Below, piece by piece: positions 1 through 14,640 of a stretch of DNA of 64,000 nt; within the stretch, counting starts at the first letter, position 1, and every line of letters begins with the position of its first letter. The notes below the pieces were generated by a model. That model had not been told where the DNA came from, did no database searches, and was given only the letters and a program-made list of their open reading frames with translations. This DNA is from the human T2T-CHM13v2.0 reference genome, Homo sapiens. Made by a program: the position numbers and the translations under genes. The stretch lies in the NCBI RefSeq assembly GCF_009914755.1, contig NC_060947.1; one strand, 5' to 3'.

Positions 1-198
1 CCATGGCAGGGGACAGAAGTCACGCTCTTGGGGGCTATGACTTTGCCAGTGTCCCCATTTCTCACCTGCAGGAAGGACTCTTTTTCTCATCCCACTGGGG
101 TATAGGTATTGAGGTATATAATTTGCATGCAATAAAATGTGCAAATTTCAAGTGTATGCCTCGATGACTTTTTACACAACGCAGCTCAAGAAATGGAG

Positions 199-368
199 CA
201 GCGCTGTCCAATAGAACTTTCTGCAAAGTAGGAAATATTCTCTATCTGTCACATGTGGCTTTTGAGCATTTGAAATGTGGCTAATGCGTCTAAGCAACTG
301 AATTTTTAATTGTACTTCATTTTAATTTCATAATCACGTGTGCCTAGCGGCTACCATATTAAACATAA
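199..368 (+). mobile_element. MER3 (hAT-Charlie MITE)
   Basis: Starts CAGCGCTGTCCAATAGAACTTTCTGC; CACATGTGGCT...TTGAAATGTGGCTA core; ends GGCTACCATATT. Confidence 0.85.
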
Positions 369-477
369 ATATAGAAGATTTCATCATTCCAGAAAGTCAT
401 CATTCCAGAAAGTTCCCTTCTGCCCCCTCCAGTCACTCCCCAAGAAGTAACCACTTTTCTGACTTCTATCACCATAG

Positions 478-720
478 GCCAGAGGTTCTCCACTTGGGCA
501 CTGTTGACCTTTGGGGTGGGATGAGTCTTTGTCGTAGAGGACTGTCCTGTGCATTGTAGGATGTTTAACAGCATCCCTGGCCTCTACCCACCAGATGCCA
601 GTAGCACGCGTGCACACACACACACCCCAGTTATAATAACCAAAACTGTCTCCAGACATTGCCAAATGTCCCGCAATGGGGGATGGGAGTTGTGGATTCA
701 CCCTTGATCGAGAACCCCTA
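478..720 (+). mobile_element. MER20 (hAT-Charlie)
   Basis: GGACTGTCCTGTGCATTGTAGGATGTTTAACAGCATCCCTGGCCTCTACCCAC and TGTCTCCAGACATTGCCAAATGTCCC. Confidence 0.85.
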
Positions 721-1187
721 CCCTAAATTAGTTTTTCCTGTTCTTAAACGTCCTATTAATGGAATCATACATTATGTAATTTGTGTCCAGCTCCTTTTGC
801 CCAACATAATGTCTGAGCTTCCTCCATGTTGTTTCGAGTATCTGAAGCTGATTCCTTTTCATTGCTGAGTACTATTCCATTGCCTAGATATACTGCAGTT
901 TGTTTATTCATTGGTCTGTTGATAAACATTTGGGTTGTTTCCAATTTGGGGCTGTTATGCATAAAGTCACTGTGAACATTCATGTACAGATCTTTGTGTG
1001 GGTGTAGGTTTTTATTTCAATGCCCAAGAGTGGAATTGCTTGGTCACAGGTACATAGGTATTTAGGTTTATCAGAAACTCTTCTCCAGAGTGGCCATTTT
1101 CCACTCCTACTGGCAATGCATGAGAGTTCCTGTTCCCGAGCACCCTTGCCTCTGTCTTTTTAATTTTAGCCATTCTAATGGATTCTA

Positions 1188-1529
<342 letters not shown>

Positions 1530-1530
<1 letters not shown>

Positions 1531-1627
1531 GAAAGGAAAGGAATGGAAAGGAGAAAGGAAAGGAGAGGAGAGGAGAGGGGAGGGGAGGGGAGGGGAGGGG
1601 AGGGGAGGGGAGGGAAGAAAGGAAAAA
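1530..1627 (+). repeat. GGAAA/GGAGA/GGGGA pentamer tract grown from the Alu tail
   Basis: Direct reading. Confidence 0.9.
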
Positions 1628-1909
1628 GTGTAAGCAGTGGAAGGGAACTTGGAGACCCCCAGCCTTTGGCCTTCATGAGCTCTGAAACCAGGGAGCCGAG
1701 TATGCCTTGGAGCCACTCACAGTGGGCAGTAGGGGAGGTAGGTTGCTTCCCAGCAATGTTCTTTCTGCTCCACAGCTTGTTGGAGGGAAGAGGCCTCAAC
1801 ATGACCATCCCACAGGGAAAAAGAAAACACAGACAGGGAGACAGAGTTTGCATCATGAATGAGAATGACAGGAAAAAATGTATTTTATAGGAGACCCTCA
1901 ACCCCTTCC

Positions 1910-1968
1910 CACACACACAGACATGCATGCATATGCACACACAGACACACACACACACACACACACAC
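1910..1968. repeat. (CA)n microsatellite, interrupted
   Basis: Direct reading. Confidence 0.9.
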
Positions 1969-2625
1969 TCCCCTCCATGAGAGACATGGGACAGCAATTC
2001 CTTTGCAAAAGGTGGGGTGATGATGAAGAAGGAGAGAGGGATAAGAAGGGTTACTCAGCTGTCACATGGGGAGTTCAAAATGGTTTGGCTAAGGACTTAC
2101 CAAGTTTTGGAGGGCATGCCCTGCACATGTTGTAAATTAGACACTAGAAGATGGGAAATCTGTCAAGGAAATAAATCCCGACCCCTACCTCGGTGAAGCT
2201 CCTGGTCTAATTTTCGATGGAAAATAAATAGTGCAACTCCGAAGTTGGAGATAATATAATGCCACCAGGACCTGGACACAGAGAGCTGCCTGTGTCAGGA
2301 CTGACAGAGTGTGACAGGTTAATCCAGAGGGGCTTACCAGAGGAAGTCAGGAATCTGAAGGAGAGAAGCGCCCGGAATTAACCACGAGACAGAGGAAGCG
2401 CCCCACCATCCTAATAAGGATAGTGTCTTAACATGTTCTTCTGTTTGGTGCCGTTTCAGAGGGCCTTGTTAGCTGCAGTGTTCCCCTAAATCTCGGGGAA
2501 ATGTTATTTCCTCCTCCAAAACACTAACTTATTTTTAAAATAATAAGGAAACTCCCAGTGATAAAGCAATCTATCTCTGTTACTAAAGTAAGTGTAGGAA
2601 GGTCCCTGCCAATGTTATCCCGTAG

Positions 2626-3128
<503 letters not shown>

Positions 3129-3319
3129 TAGGGGCACTCACCAGTGGTAGGGCTCAAAGTTAGCATCTGCTTGAGGAGAAGAGATGTCAGTTAGCCAGGA
3201 ACTCGTAGCAGGAGGGACGTCAAACTGAAGATGAGTCAACTCTAAGTTGTGAGCCAAATGCTCCAGGTTCGTGTTTCTCTGTTTATTTTCTCTTTGTCCG
3301 CCTCCAAACTATTTATTAA

Positions 3320-3430
3320 AATGTGAGCTCCACGAAGGGCAAGGGCTTCATCTGTCTTGTTCACAGCTGTATCAGCAGCTAGAAATGTGCCTGGCACATG
3401 GCTCACTAAATATTTGGTGAACGGATGAAT
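3320..3430 (+). mobile_element. L2 3' end
   Basis: TGTGAGCTCCA...GGGC...TGTCTTGTTCAC...GTGCCTGGCACA...AATATTTG...TGAAT. Confidence 0.75.
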
Positions 3431-3648
3431 AACAAGACCTAATTGAATGCTCAGACCTTGGTTCAGCTGAGCTACTCAATAAATCTGGGAAGGCGACTAC
3501 TACAAAACACAGAAGGCCTGATCAGGGTGTGGCAAAGAAACTCGAAGCACCTATGAAGCCGCTGTGACAGTCTCAGGGAGACCAGAGCGAGGAGCCCAGG
3601 GAAAAGGTGACTTCTCTAAAGTTTCAAGTGCCAGCCGTGTTTTCAGCC

Positions 3649-4375
<727 letters not shown>

Positions 4376-5267
4376 CAGCCTGTCTGCATTGACTCCACTT
4401 CTATCACCAGCCGCTGGGAGAGGTGGGTCCTGTTTTACTGAACAGTGTCCCTAACATGGCCGCCCTTCCTTGTATAGGCCCCAGAACCTTCCAGGGTTAA
4501 ACAAAAGCAGGTTTCCAGGATGGAAAAGCTCCAGGCAGACATGAGACGCTAAACACCCAAACTTTCCTCCTGGAATTCCCCTTCCTCTTGCAGTTTGTAC
4601 CTTGATACCAAAGGTCACCCCTAGGAGAAAACACCCTTCATGACTAGTCCTTCAAAGGACAGAGTCCTTTTCTTTGTTTCACCTTAGCAGAGTCGAGACA
4701 GGCAGATAAAAATGTCTTGCTTTGTTAAAGAATGAAGGAGGAGCAGAAACATAAGGGGCATAAAATCATGTTCATGAGTGAGGCACGTCTGGACACACAG
4801 GGGCAACTTTGATTCCAGACCTGCCTCCCGGAGTCAGATAAGGGAGCTGAAGTGCCAGCCAGTGGCCTCAGCTTTCTTAAGTCCTCCTACTCCAGCTTTG
4901 GACAAGCCAATGCCATCTTCCTCCAAGAGGCAGGCACCATCTCTTTTCCAGGGCCTGCGGGGAGCAGTTCCCCTCTCCTTCTGCCTCAAGGATGGCACCT
5001 CCCAGCTTCCCTAATCTCTCCCCCTTAGTGTGGGGGTGCAGCTAGTCTGTGGATGATTTGCAGGACAGTGGTGGTTGACAGCCAGCAAATAATAGAGCTC
5101 CCTGGGTCTGTGTTATCTAATCCACCTACCCCTGGAGCTTCCCTTAGCAACTCACTCCGGAAGCACCCCTCCCCCCACACCATCTGGAAGTGGTTTCAGA
5201 AAAACCTACTCATTATTGTTAAAAAGCAACATGTAGGCTTTTGCAAGATACAGTTACAACAGCAGCC

Positions 5268-5385
5268 CCTAGATTGTAAGTTCCCGGAAGGTAGGGATCT
5301 TTCCCTTGTTTGCTACTGTGTAACCATCACCTGGCACATAGTAGGAACTTGATAAATGACTTTCAAATAAATGCAGAATTAATAA
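5268..5385 (+). mobile_element. L2 3' end
   Basis: CTAGATTGTAAGTTCC...CCTGGCACATAGTAGG...ATAAATG. Confidence 0.7.
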
Positions 5386-5399
5386 ACTCACAATCAAGG

Positions 5400-5915
5400 T
5401 CTTCCAATTATTTCTGCATAACAAATTACTCCAAAATTTAGCAGCTTAACAACCGTTTTATTATGCTCGAAGTTTCCATAAGTCAGGAATTTGGACGGGC
5501 CAAAGCATTGTGGATCTCTCTGCTCCACAATGTCTGGGGTCTCAGTTGAGAAGACTTGAAAAGAGCTGGGGGCTGGAATCATCCAGAAGCTTCTTCATTC
5601 ACACATCTGGTACTTAGGCTGAAATGACTTGGAGACTGGGCTCAGTTGGGACTATGGATCTCTGCACCTATGTGTTGTCCCTTCATATTAATTGGGCCTC
5701 CTCTCAGCATGGCCGGCTGAGGGTAGTCAGAGTTCTTACATGACAGCTATTCAGGGCTTCAGGGCAGAAGCTGTGTGGCCTTTTATGACCTAGCCCTTTC
5801 ATTCTCTTAGTTGAAGCTGTCACCAGCGTATCCAGATTCAAGGAGAGAAGGACCCCGCTTCTCATTGGAAGGAGTGTCAGGAAACTTTGGGGTCATGTTT
5901 TTGAACCACCCCAAA
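5400..5915 (-). mobile_element. MLT1-family MaLR LTR (old subfamily)
   Basis: GCATAACAAATTACTCCAAAATTTAGCAGCTTAA; TCAGGAATTTGG; CAGATTCAAGG. Confidence 0.75.
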
Positions 5916-5949
5916 GGGTGAAAGATTAGAAAGCTCTAATGATGTTACA

Positions 5950-6125
5950 TTCATTCCTTCAACAGAATTTACGTTGAGCATCTACCACATGTTAAGCTCT
6001 GGGTTGAGTGATGTGCAGGGATTTAGTGGTGAACAAAATAGACATTGTCTCTGCCCTCATTAAACAAATAGATACACAAACAAATGCATAATTACATATC
6101 ATGATGAGTGCTATTAAGCTGGGGG
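5950..6125 (-). mobile_element. L2 3' end
   Basis: CATTCATTCCTTCAACA...TTGAGCATCTAC...GTGAACAAAATAGAC...TGCCCTCAT. Confidence 0.7.
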
Positions 6126-6169
6126 TGGGGAGTGCCCTGAGAAAGAACAGGGAGACTTAATTTAGATTG

Positions 6170-6540
6170 CAAATGTCTTGCATACAAGGTTTTGTGTGCA
6201 AGCAGTTTCTTTGGGAGGTGATTCCAGGAAGCATCAGTAGGGCAATGAGGACATGGAGAGAGAGCCAGGGGGGCAGTCAGAGGCCGTATTGATAAGTAGG
6301 CTCCCACCCATTTGTCCGCATTTGTTGGGGCAAATGGGGCTGGGTCCTGCAGGATACCCCTGGTTGACAGTGTGGAACACACCTCAGATCATCCCTCCTG
6401 AAGGATGAGGAGGCTGGAGCATTTACTTACGGAATCCTAACAGTCAGAGTTGAGGGTGTTAGGGAGGGCTGCCCACTCACGCAGCCAAAGAGAGCCTCAG
6501 GCAAAGGACACCAAGTGCTGGCAGAAGCAGCCAAGAGAAT
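6170..6540 (-). mobile_element. ERVL-type LTR fragment (LTR33/LTR16-like)
   Basis: GTGCAAGCAGTTTCTTGGGAGGTGATTCCAGGAAGCA motif. Confidence 0.55.
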
Positions 6541-7668
6541 GGGGAAGGAGCCTGCCCAGGGGTCAGGGAAGCCCTCCATGAACAAGTGATCTTCTTAAAG
6601 AAGGAGTTCAAGGGTCAAGAAGTTAGGATTTCTAGATGGTTCATAGATTTTTCTGTGTTATATGTGGATTTTCACCAAATGCAACCCTAATGCCAGCACT
6701 TAGCACAGTGCCTTAGATAGTAATATGGTTTTGGTTTTCTTCCTGTGTAATGATTGTCCCCACTGACCACCCTGCCCCCACCTGCCCCTCTCCTTTGTGA
6801 CTAATGGAAAACATTGGCAAAATTGCCCACAGGCAGGGAGGCAGGTAGGCAAGGTGGGGAGAGAGTTTTCCCTTTGTGTGAGTTAACTGCCCGGAGTTGC
6901 GGGCGTCACACCCCACCACTCTGACCTCAGCTGAGCTTAGTGAGGCAGAGAGGCTAGCCTAGCTTAAGCTGTCACTAAACAATTCTTGGGGGAGATCTTT
7001 CATGCCTAGTCAGTTCCTCAGGAGGGGAGTCTGTGTAGAGAAATCCAGTGAGCAGTACCCTTGTTGAGGGATGGTCACATTAGCCAGACACATGGCTCTC
7101 TGGTCCCGGCAACCTGAGAGAGATTCCCAGAGACCCCTCGCAGTTCCTCAGCACAAGCTTTGCAACAAGCTTTGCAACACCAGACTCCACGGAACAGCAG
7201 GTCTGCGGTGAACTGGAAGAGACGCTACGAAAACACTAATCAGCCACCGCAACTGGGGGGAAAAAAATCAGTGAGCAACTGGAAAAAAAGCATTTTTACA
7301 AAGACAGTATAATACTCTTTCATTTTCAAATAGCTAAATAGAATTTCTGTATAATTTTCAAACAGTGTTTGTCTTAATGACTCTTTGAAAGCCTCCTTTT
7401 TCCAATTTGACTGCTACTGAATACCAAGTAGATGCCATGCCCTGGGTGAAGCATTTTTTGTAAGGTAAAAATCATAATAATGACTGCCTGTGTAGTGACT
7501 TTCAGCGCTTGACACAGTGCGTAGCTAAAGCAGGAACATGGTCCCTAGCCACTTGTCGACATATCTCTTTTTTGTGCACTCTCCTGCCTTTGGATTCTCA
7601 GCTGCTCTCCCACCCATCCCCAGGGCTGGCCTAAGTCACCGTCACCCTGAGGACAGCAAAACAGTATG

Positions 7669-7930
7669 TGGGGGAGGGGCGGGAGAGGGAGAGGAGGGGG
7701 AAGAGAGAAAAAGGGAAGGGGAGAAAGGAGAGGAGACAGAAAAGGGCAGGGGAGAGGGGGGAAGAAAAAAGGGAGAGAATGGAGAAGGGGAACAAAATGG
7801 AAAGGGGGGAAGAGGAGGGTGGGGAAGGAGAGGAGAAGGGGAGAGGGATGGAAAAGCAGGCAGAGGAGAAGGGAAAAGAGGAAAGGAGAGAAGGGGGAAA
7901 GAGAGAAGAGGAAGGGAGGGGAGGGGAGAG
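7669..7930 (+). repeat. GA-rich low-complexity polypurine tract
   Basis: About 260 bp of almost only G and A. Confidence 0.9.
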
Positions 7931-8829
7931 AATTCTTCTGGGATGGAAAAGGCAGGAAGTGAAATTCCTAACCCAGTGATAAATAGAATCCCAGCTGCAC
8001 CAAGAACAGAGCAGTGGTAAAATCATTCAAACTCTGAATTCCTGACAGTGGAAAATAAACTCATCTTTGCTGGTGAATGGAAATTTAGGGAAGGCAACCG
8101 GGTGTGCTCTGGATTCCACAGCCCCATCCCTGGTAGAGGGCACAGAAGCATTGGAGGGTTGAGAAAGGGCAACTGGCAGCCTTTGGGCCAAGTTGCTTTA
8201 AGTCCAGAGAGGCTGAGAAAAGCAGCTCAATGCTGCAGAAGAGAAGGTGGAAGTTGGAAGTAAGAAAATGAAAGAGCCAGGTGGCCCATGGTGGAGAGGT
8301 GCCCAGAGCTGGCGACAGAACCCAAGGAACCCTGGTTCCTGGGGTGACCTTGAGAAAAGACCCGGCCAGTCTTAGACAAGGTGATGAAAGGAAGGAAGAA
8401 GGCTACTGAGCTGAAGAGAACAAAAATATTTCCCCAACCCCATCCCGCTGGACAGTGAAGCATCTTCAGGGCCCCTAGCCTGGGTGCCGGACAAAAGACT
8501 TGGAGGTACTGGAATATTGGGTCTGTGCCCCAGCCCTATCCGTGCCCAGTGTTGGGCACCCCCAGAGGCTAAGCTTGGCCAAAAGCTCCTCAGGCTTCCT
8601 CATCCCACTTGTTCATGGGATGGTTCCACCCATATGAAGAGTAAGGCCTGGGTGGTGCCTCTCCTCCTGACTCCAGCCTCCTTCCCCGGCCCCAGTCCCA
8701 TCCATACAGGGGTGCTGGCCTGGCCCCCTCTGGTGGGAGGACAGATAAGCAAAGGGGTGGTGGGGACACTCTAGATGCTTCACCCACATCCCCTCGGGCT
8801 CCTTCCCCCACCCCATATAGCTTCCCCTC

Positions 8830-9462
8830 TCCTAATTCCCACAGCCTGTGCCTGGGACTCTTTGCAGGCCCGCCCGGGGCACATCCCCCTCAGAGCCAGA
8901 AGTACCCAGGAGTTTCAATCCCCACACTCACGGTAGCTCCTAGCTGGTGCAAGGGAGCATGCAGGTACAGTGCTCTTGCCTGGAGTCAGGACAGGCTCTG
9001 AGTTGACACTTGCCCTCCAGAGCTCCTCCTTTGGGAGGTCATGAGGTCATGAGGATGGAGCCCTCATGAAGGGGGTCAGTGCCCTTATAAAAAGCGACCC
9101 CAGAGAGCTCTCTCTCCCTGTCTCTGCCATGTGAGGGCACAAGGAAAAGTTGGCAATCTACAGCCCAGAAGAGGGCCCTCCCCCAAACCCGACCGTGCTG
9201 GTACCCTGATCTCGGCCTCTCAGCCTCCAGAACCATGAGAAGTACGTGTCTGTGGTTTATCAGCTCCCCGGCGTGTGGTACCGTGTTACAGCAGCCTGGA
9301 TGGACTAAGACCCTTCTGCAGAGGGACTTTGTCTGAAACTGGCTTCCTCCCCTTCTTGGTCCTGCCCTTCCATACCCTTCCGTGTTTCTTGGGAGCACTT
9401 CCTTAATAAATTGCTTCCACACGAATCCGCGTCTCAGAAGCTGCTTCTGAGAAAACCGAAGT
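8830..9462 (+). mobile_element. LTR16-like ERVL LTR interrupted by MLT1A
   Basis: 3' end GGGAGCACTTCCTTAATAAATTGCTT...CACGAATCCGCGTCTCAG...CTGCTTCTG. Confidence 0.6.
9037..9312 (+). mobile_element. MLT1A-like MaLR LTR (3' part)
   Basis: GGAGCCCTCATGAA...GCCCTTATAAAA...CAGCCTCCAGAAC...ACTAAGAC. Confidence 0.8.
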
Positions 9463-9544
9463 GATGGGGCCCCTGGGCTGCACAGTAATAACAGTTGTTA
9501 CAGACGGCACCTCCTCCAACCCTCAGAACCAGACGGCCACAATG

Positions 9545-9680
9545 GTATTGACTGCATTGCACAGAGGAGGAAACGGAAACCCAGAGAGCAGAAGGGACTT
9601 GCCCAGGATGGTGGAGTTGGTGAGCAGAGCAGCCTACATTAAACCCAGCTCCAAAGCCAGCCCTGGGTCTTTGATGCCCC
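9545..9680 (-). mobile_element. MIR fragment
   Basis: CAGAGGAGGAAACGGAAACCCAGAGAG...GACTTGCCCAGG core. Confidence 0.6.
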
Positions 9681-10053
9681 ACAGAAAATACATGGGAGGA
9701 GCCCTGCAGCTCCTGAAAGGAGCTAACATCTCCCAAGCCCCACTTCCAGGGGCAATCTGGGGCCAGCCAGGTACTTAGATGGACAGATGACCAAGGAGAG
9801 ACCACTCAAGCCCTCAGTTTGAGAATGCATTCCTCTGCGTTCACAGGCTTACCTGGAGCCAGTTCCCCAAAGCCCCACTGGACTTTTTAAGCCCCCAGAG
9901 GCCTTCAGACAGGAACCCACTGAGTCTTCAAACCCCCAATCTCCATGGGGTTAAAACAATCCCCAAAAGGCAGGACTTACTAGGAGTCGTTCAGAAACTG
10001 GCAAAAGCACCCTCTGAATAAATGTTCAGGGTTCCATCCGGAGACGCCCACGG

Positions 10054-10105
10054 TGACTGATGAGTCATCAGATAGCCAGCTGTCGCCACAGAGTGCTATA
10101 TATAG
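10054..10105. promoter_or_regulatory. Candidate enhancer motif cluster (AP-1, GATA, E-box, MEF2/TATA)
   Basis: TGAGTCA 10061-10067, AGATAG 10070-10075, CAGCTG 10078-10083, CTATATATAG 10096-10105. Confidence 0.4.
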
Positions 10106-10496
10106 AAGCTGGAGGGGTGCCTGGTACCTAAAGAAAGGGGAGGAGCACACACCTAGTAGGTGGGGTCTCAGCTGGGAGGCAGGCCTAGAGCACCTGGAAA
10201 CTGCACCCTCAGCTCCCTCTGCCCCCCCAGCAAAACAGAATCTGGGTCAGCAATTCCCCGGCACAGAATGCCGCGTGAACTGGAAGCAAGCAGCAACAGG
10301 GCCGGACGTGGGCCATGCCAGTGCATTCATGATGATTACTGCTAATGATGGTAATGGGAGAATAATGGCTCAGTGAACTTCCCGCACATCACCTCGTCGT
10401 CTTCCCATCAGACATACACACTGAGGACGCGCTTGTATTGCTGCCATTTAGACAGCCGAAACAGAACTTCCAGACCTCAGGCTTGGTAGGCTGGGC

Positions 10497-10835
10497 CTGT
10501 GCTGTCCAGGACAGGGGCCACTAGCCACATGTTTCTACTGAACACTTGAAATGTGGCCCGGCCAAATTGAGATCCTCTGTCAGCATAGAATGCACACCAG
10601 ACTTTGAAGATTTAGTTCCAAGAAAAGAATGTCAAATACCTTGTCAATAATTTTTTCCTGGTTTCATATTGAAATGATAATATTTTAGATACATCGGGTT
10701 GATCAAAATATATGATTAAGTCAATTTCACCTGTTCCTTTTTACCTTTTTAATGTGGCTTCTCGAACATTAAAATTATTAATACATATGTGGCTCACATT
10801 TGTGGCTTGCATTATATTTCTATTGGACAGTGCCG
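10497..10835. mobile_element. MER33 (hAT-Charlie)
   Basis: CTGTGCTGTCCA...GCCACTAGCCACATG...TGCACACCAGACTTTGAAGA...CTATTGGACAG; terminal inverted repeats. Confidence 0.85.
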
Positions 10836-11410
10836 GGTTGCAGGCTGGAGGCCAGAACCTTCAGGAAATCCTGGCTATGCCCTCTCCTGACAAATAAAGC
10901 CTGCTTCCTGGTTCAAGGCTGAGAGAGGCCAGGGCTGCTCTCCAGACAATGCCAGTGGCCAGCTGCAGCTCCATGTACCGATCACAGAAGGTCCAGGTGA
11001 CGCACAAAAGCCCCTGAGGGTCTGTGAACCCCAAACTTGTCCCTTATATCTTCTGAAAATGCACAGCTTTCCGGGGGAAAGATGATGAATTCTCCCTGGC
11101 CCTGTCTTCTGCCTTCCCCACTTAACCCCCAAGAGAGCTCCATGCTGTGTGATTGCATAATGAGGCCATGGAATAAGGCCACTTCACAAATGAAGCAGCT
11201 CTTTCCCTCACATATGCAAACAGCAGAGAGAGGCAAAGGAAAGTAGGGAGATGAGAAACAGAATGAGAAATGCAGACGAGACAGGCAATTCACACCAAGA
11301 GAGAGAAACTGTATCCCAGAGACAGACACACAATGTCACACACACTCTGCTCACTGACACCTGGGGGGAGGGGGAGAAGGGTGTGTGTGTGCACGTGTGT
11401 GGCGTGTTCA

Positions 11411-11780
<370 letters not shown>

Positions 11781-12509
11781 CTAGAACGAGGCAAATCGAA
11801 CAGAACAGGGAAGAGATGAGCACAGGAGGCGAAAAGAAATGGAGGTTCGGGGAGTTGACAGCCTCCATTTTGTAGCAAGGCCTGCCCTTTCTTTCTATGT
11901 CAGTTTAAATTATTTACATCAGGACAATGGAAAGAATATAGATAGCAAAATAAAAAATGCGTCGGGGCCAGGCAGGCCCAGGATTCATGTGTGGTGGAAA
12001 CAGAGTCCAGGGAGGAGGAAGGGCTGCCCGCCCTGCACCCAGGAGTGGGCTGGGCTTTGGGTGGCTGCAGTCAGGGCTGCTTTTCCAGTCACTCAGTACC
12101 TACATCAACTCCAGAGTGTTGACAGAGCTGGAGCCAAACTGCACACCCCCAGGGGCAGACCTGGGACATTTAGGGAGCTGTGTGAGTCAGACAAGGCCTG
12201 GGGACACCCACAGACCACAACCCCTCTGGGGCCAGGCTGAGGGCTGCCTGGTGTTCGCCTGCTCCCAGAGAGGCTGACACTTTGTGCCAGCCTCCTGCCT
12301 ATCCTGAGCTGACCCTTCACTGGCAAGTCCAGGGTCCCGTGGGTGACCATCAGTTAATCAAATCAAAGCAGCCTTCTGTGCTGCCAGGACAGGATGGGGA
12401 GAGGTTCTCCCTCCCCTTCCTAGGTAATTAGGAAGTGACTTCTGGAGGCCTGGGCCCACCTTGGTCACCTCACCTAAAGGAAGATTCTGTCACAGGGATG
12501 CAGGACGAA

Positions 12510-12902
12510 TGTATCAGTCTCCTCAGGCTGCTGCAACAGAAGACCACAAGCTGAGTGGCTTAAACAACGGATATTTATGTTCTCACAGTTCTGATGGCTG
12601 GAAGTCCAAGATCAAGGTTTGGTTTCCCCTGAGGCCTCTCTCCTTGGCTTGCACACGGCCACCTTATTGCTGTGTCTTCACACGGTCTTTCCTCTATGCG
12701 TATACCCTGCCAGTGTCTCTCGTGGGTCCACATTTTCTTCTAGGGACACCAGTTGTATTGGATTAAGCCCACCCTAATGGCCTCATTTTAACTTAATCAC
12801 CTCTTTAAAGGCCCTAACTCTAAATATAGCCACATTCTGAGGTCCTGGGAGTTAGGGCTTCCATAGATGAATGGGGTGTGGGGCACAGTTCAACCCATAG
12901 CA
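12510..12902 (-). mobile_element. MLT1B-like MaLR solo LTR
   Basis: TG...CA ends; TSD ACGAA/ATGAA; CTCACAGTTCTG...GGCTGGAAGTCCAAGATCAAGG. Confidence 0.85.
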
Positions 12903-13276
12903 ATGAAGTACCAAGAAAGACAAGGCCAGGTTCACACCAGGATGGGGAGAACAGTTCAGGGCCATGACCCTCTCAACGTCTGATAATCCCACTGTCTCCC
13001 TGCCTGTGCTTAGGGCCTCCTCCCAGTAAAGCTTATAGAAACCAGAGGCAACATTTCTGCAGGACAGGGGTTTGGGAGAATGTTGTTCCCATGGCTGGTA
13101 GTTGCTGTCTTGCCCAGGAGCAGGAGTTGTGTAGCCCCAAGTCCCAGTTCAATGCCTGGCCCAGCAGGGAAACTCTGATGGGGGCAGAACAGAGGCCATT
13201 AGGCAAGGCTCTGTGTCCTTACTCATTTAGAGTCTTATTGTCAATGGAAGTGACTCCAGAATAAATTTGGACTTCA

Positions 13277-14066
<790 letters not shown>

Positions 14067-14384
14067 TCAGCCCCAGGTATAGTCTGGAGGCAACTGCATG
14101 AGACAGAGAAAGAGAGAGAGAGAGAGAGACAAAGATACAGACAGACAAAAACAGAGACAGAGAGAAAAAAAAAACTAGCTAAGAGCAGTCAACCCCCAGA
14201 AGAGTGAGAGATAATAATAACATGGTAGTCGTGTTTTTTGTCACTACGTTTTGGAGTGATTCATTATGCAGCAATAGATAACTGGAACACAGGCCAAAAC
14301 ACAATTGCGTGGGCACACGCACACACACAAGGTACACAAAAATCCTCCTTCACAGGACCTGTTTTGAGGCTCCTGGCAGCCAGC

Positions 14385-14640
14385 CTAGGTGCTGGTGCTC
14401 ACGCCACAGACTCTGGGGCCAGCCTGCCAGGATTCACACCCCTTTCCCACCACTTCTTAGCTGTCCAGCCTTGGATGGGGAAACCAACACCTCTGCCTCA
14501 GTTTCCTCATCTCTGAACTGGAAACCATACTGGAGCCCTCCATCTGGGATGGCTGGGAGGATTAAATATGCTAACCCACATCAAATGCATGGGGCCATGC
14601 CAGGCATGCAGTCGGCACTTGATAACTGTTTGCTGGAATG
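14385..14640 (+). mobile_element. MIR
   Basis: CTCTGCCTCAGTTTCCTCATCT...GGAGGATTAAAT core. Confidence 0.7.

Larger units (their letters stand above)
105..1180 (-). mobile_element. Old L1M-type LINE 3' region, split by MER3 and MER20 insertions
   Basis: L1M 3'UTR-like text (AATGGAATCATAC, GGTTGTTTCCAATTTGGGGCTGTTATG, GGAATTGCT, TTTAATTTTAGCCATTCT) resumes after each insertion. Confidence 0.75.

Noticed and set aside
7154-7177. 12-bp tandem duplication CAAGCTTTGCAA
   Set aside because: Ordinary slippage duplication with no further structure.
7538-8026. Overlapping G/E/K/R-rich ORFs
   Set aside because: A polypurine tract cannot encode stop codons, so these are compositional artefacts.
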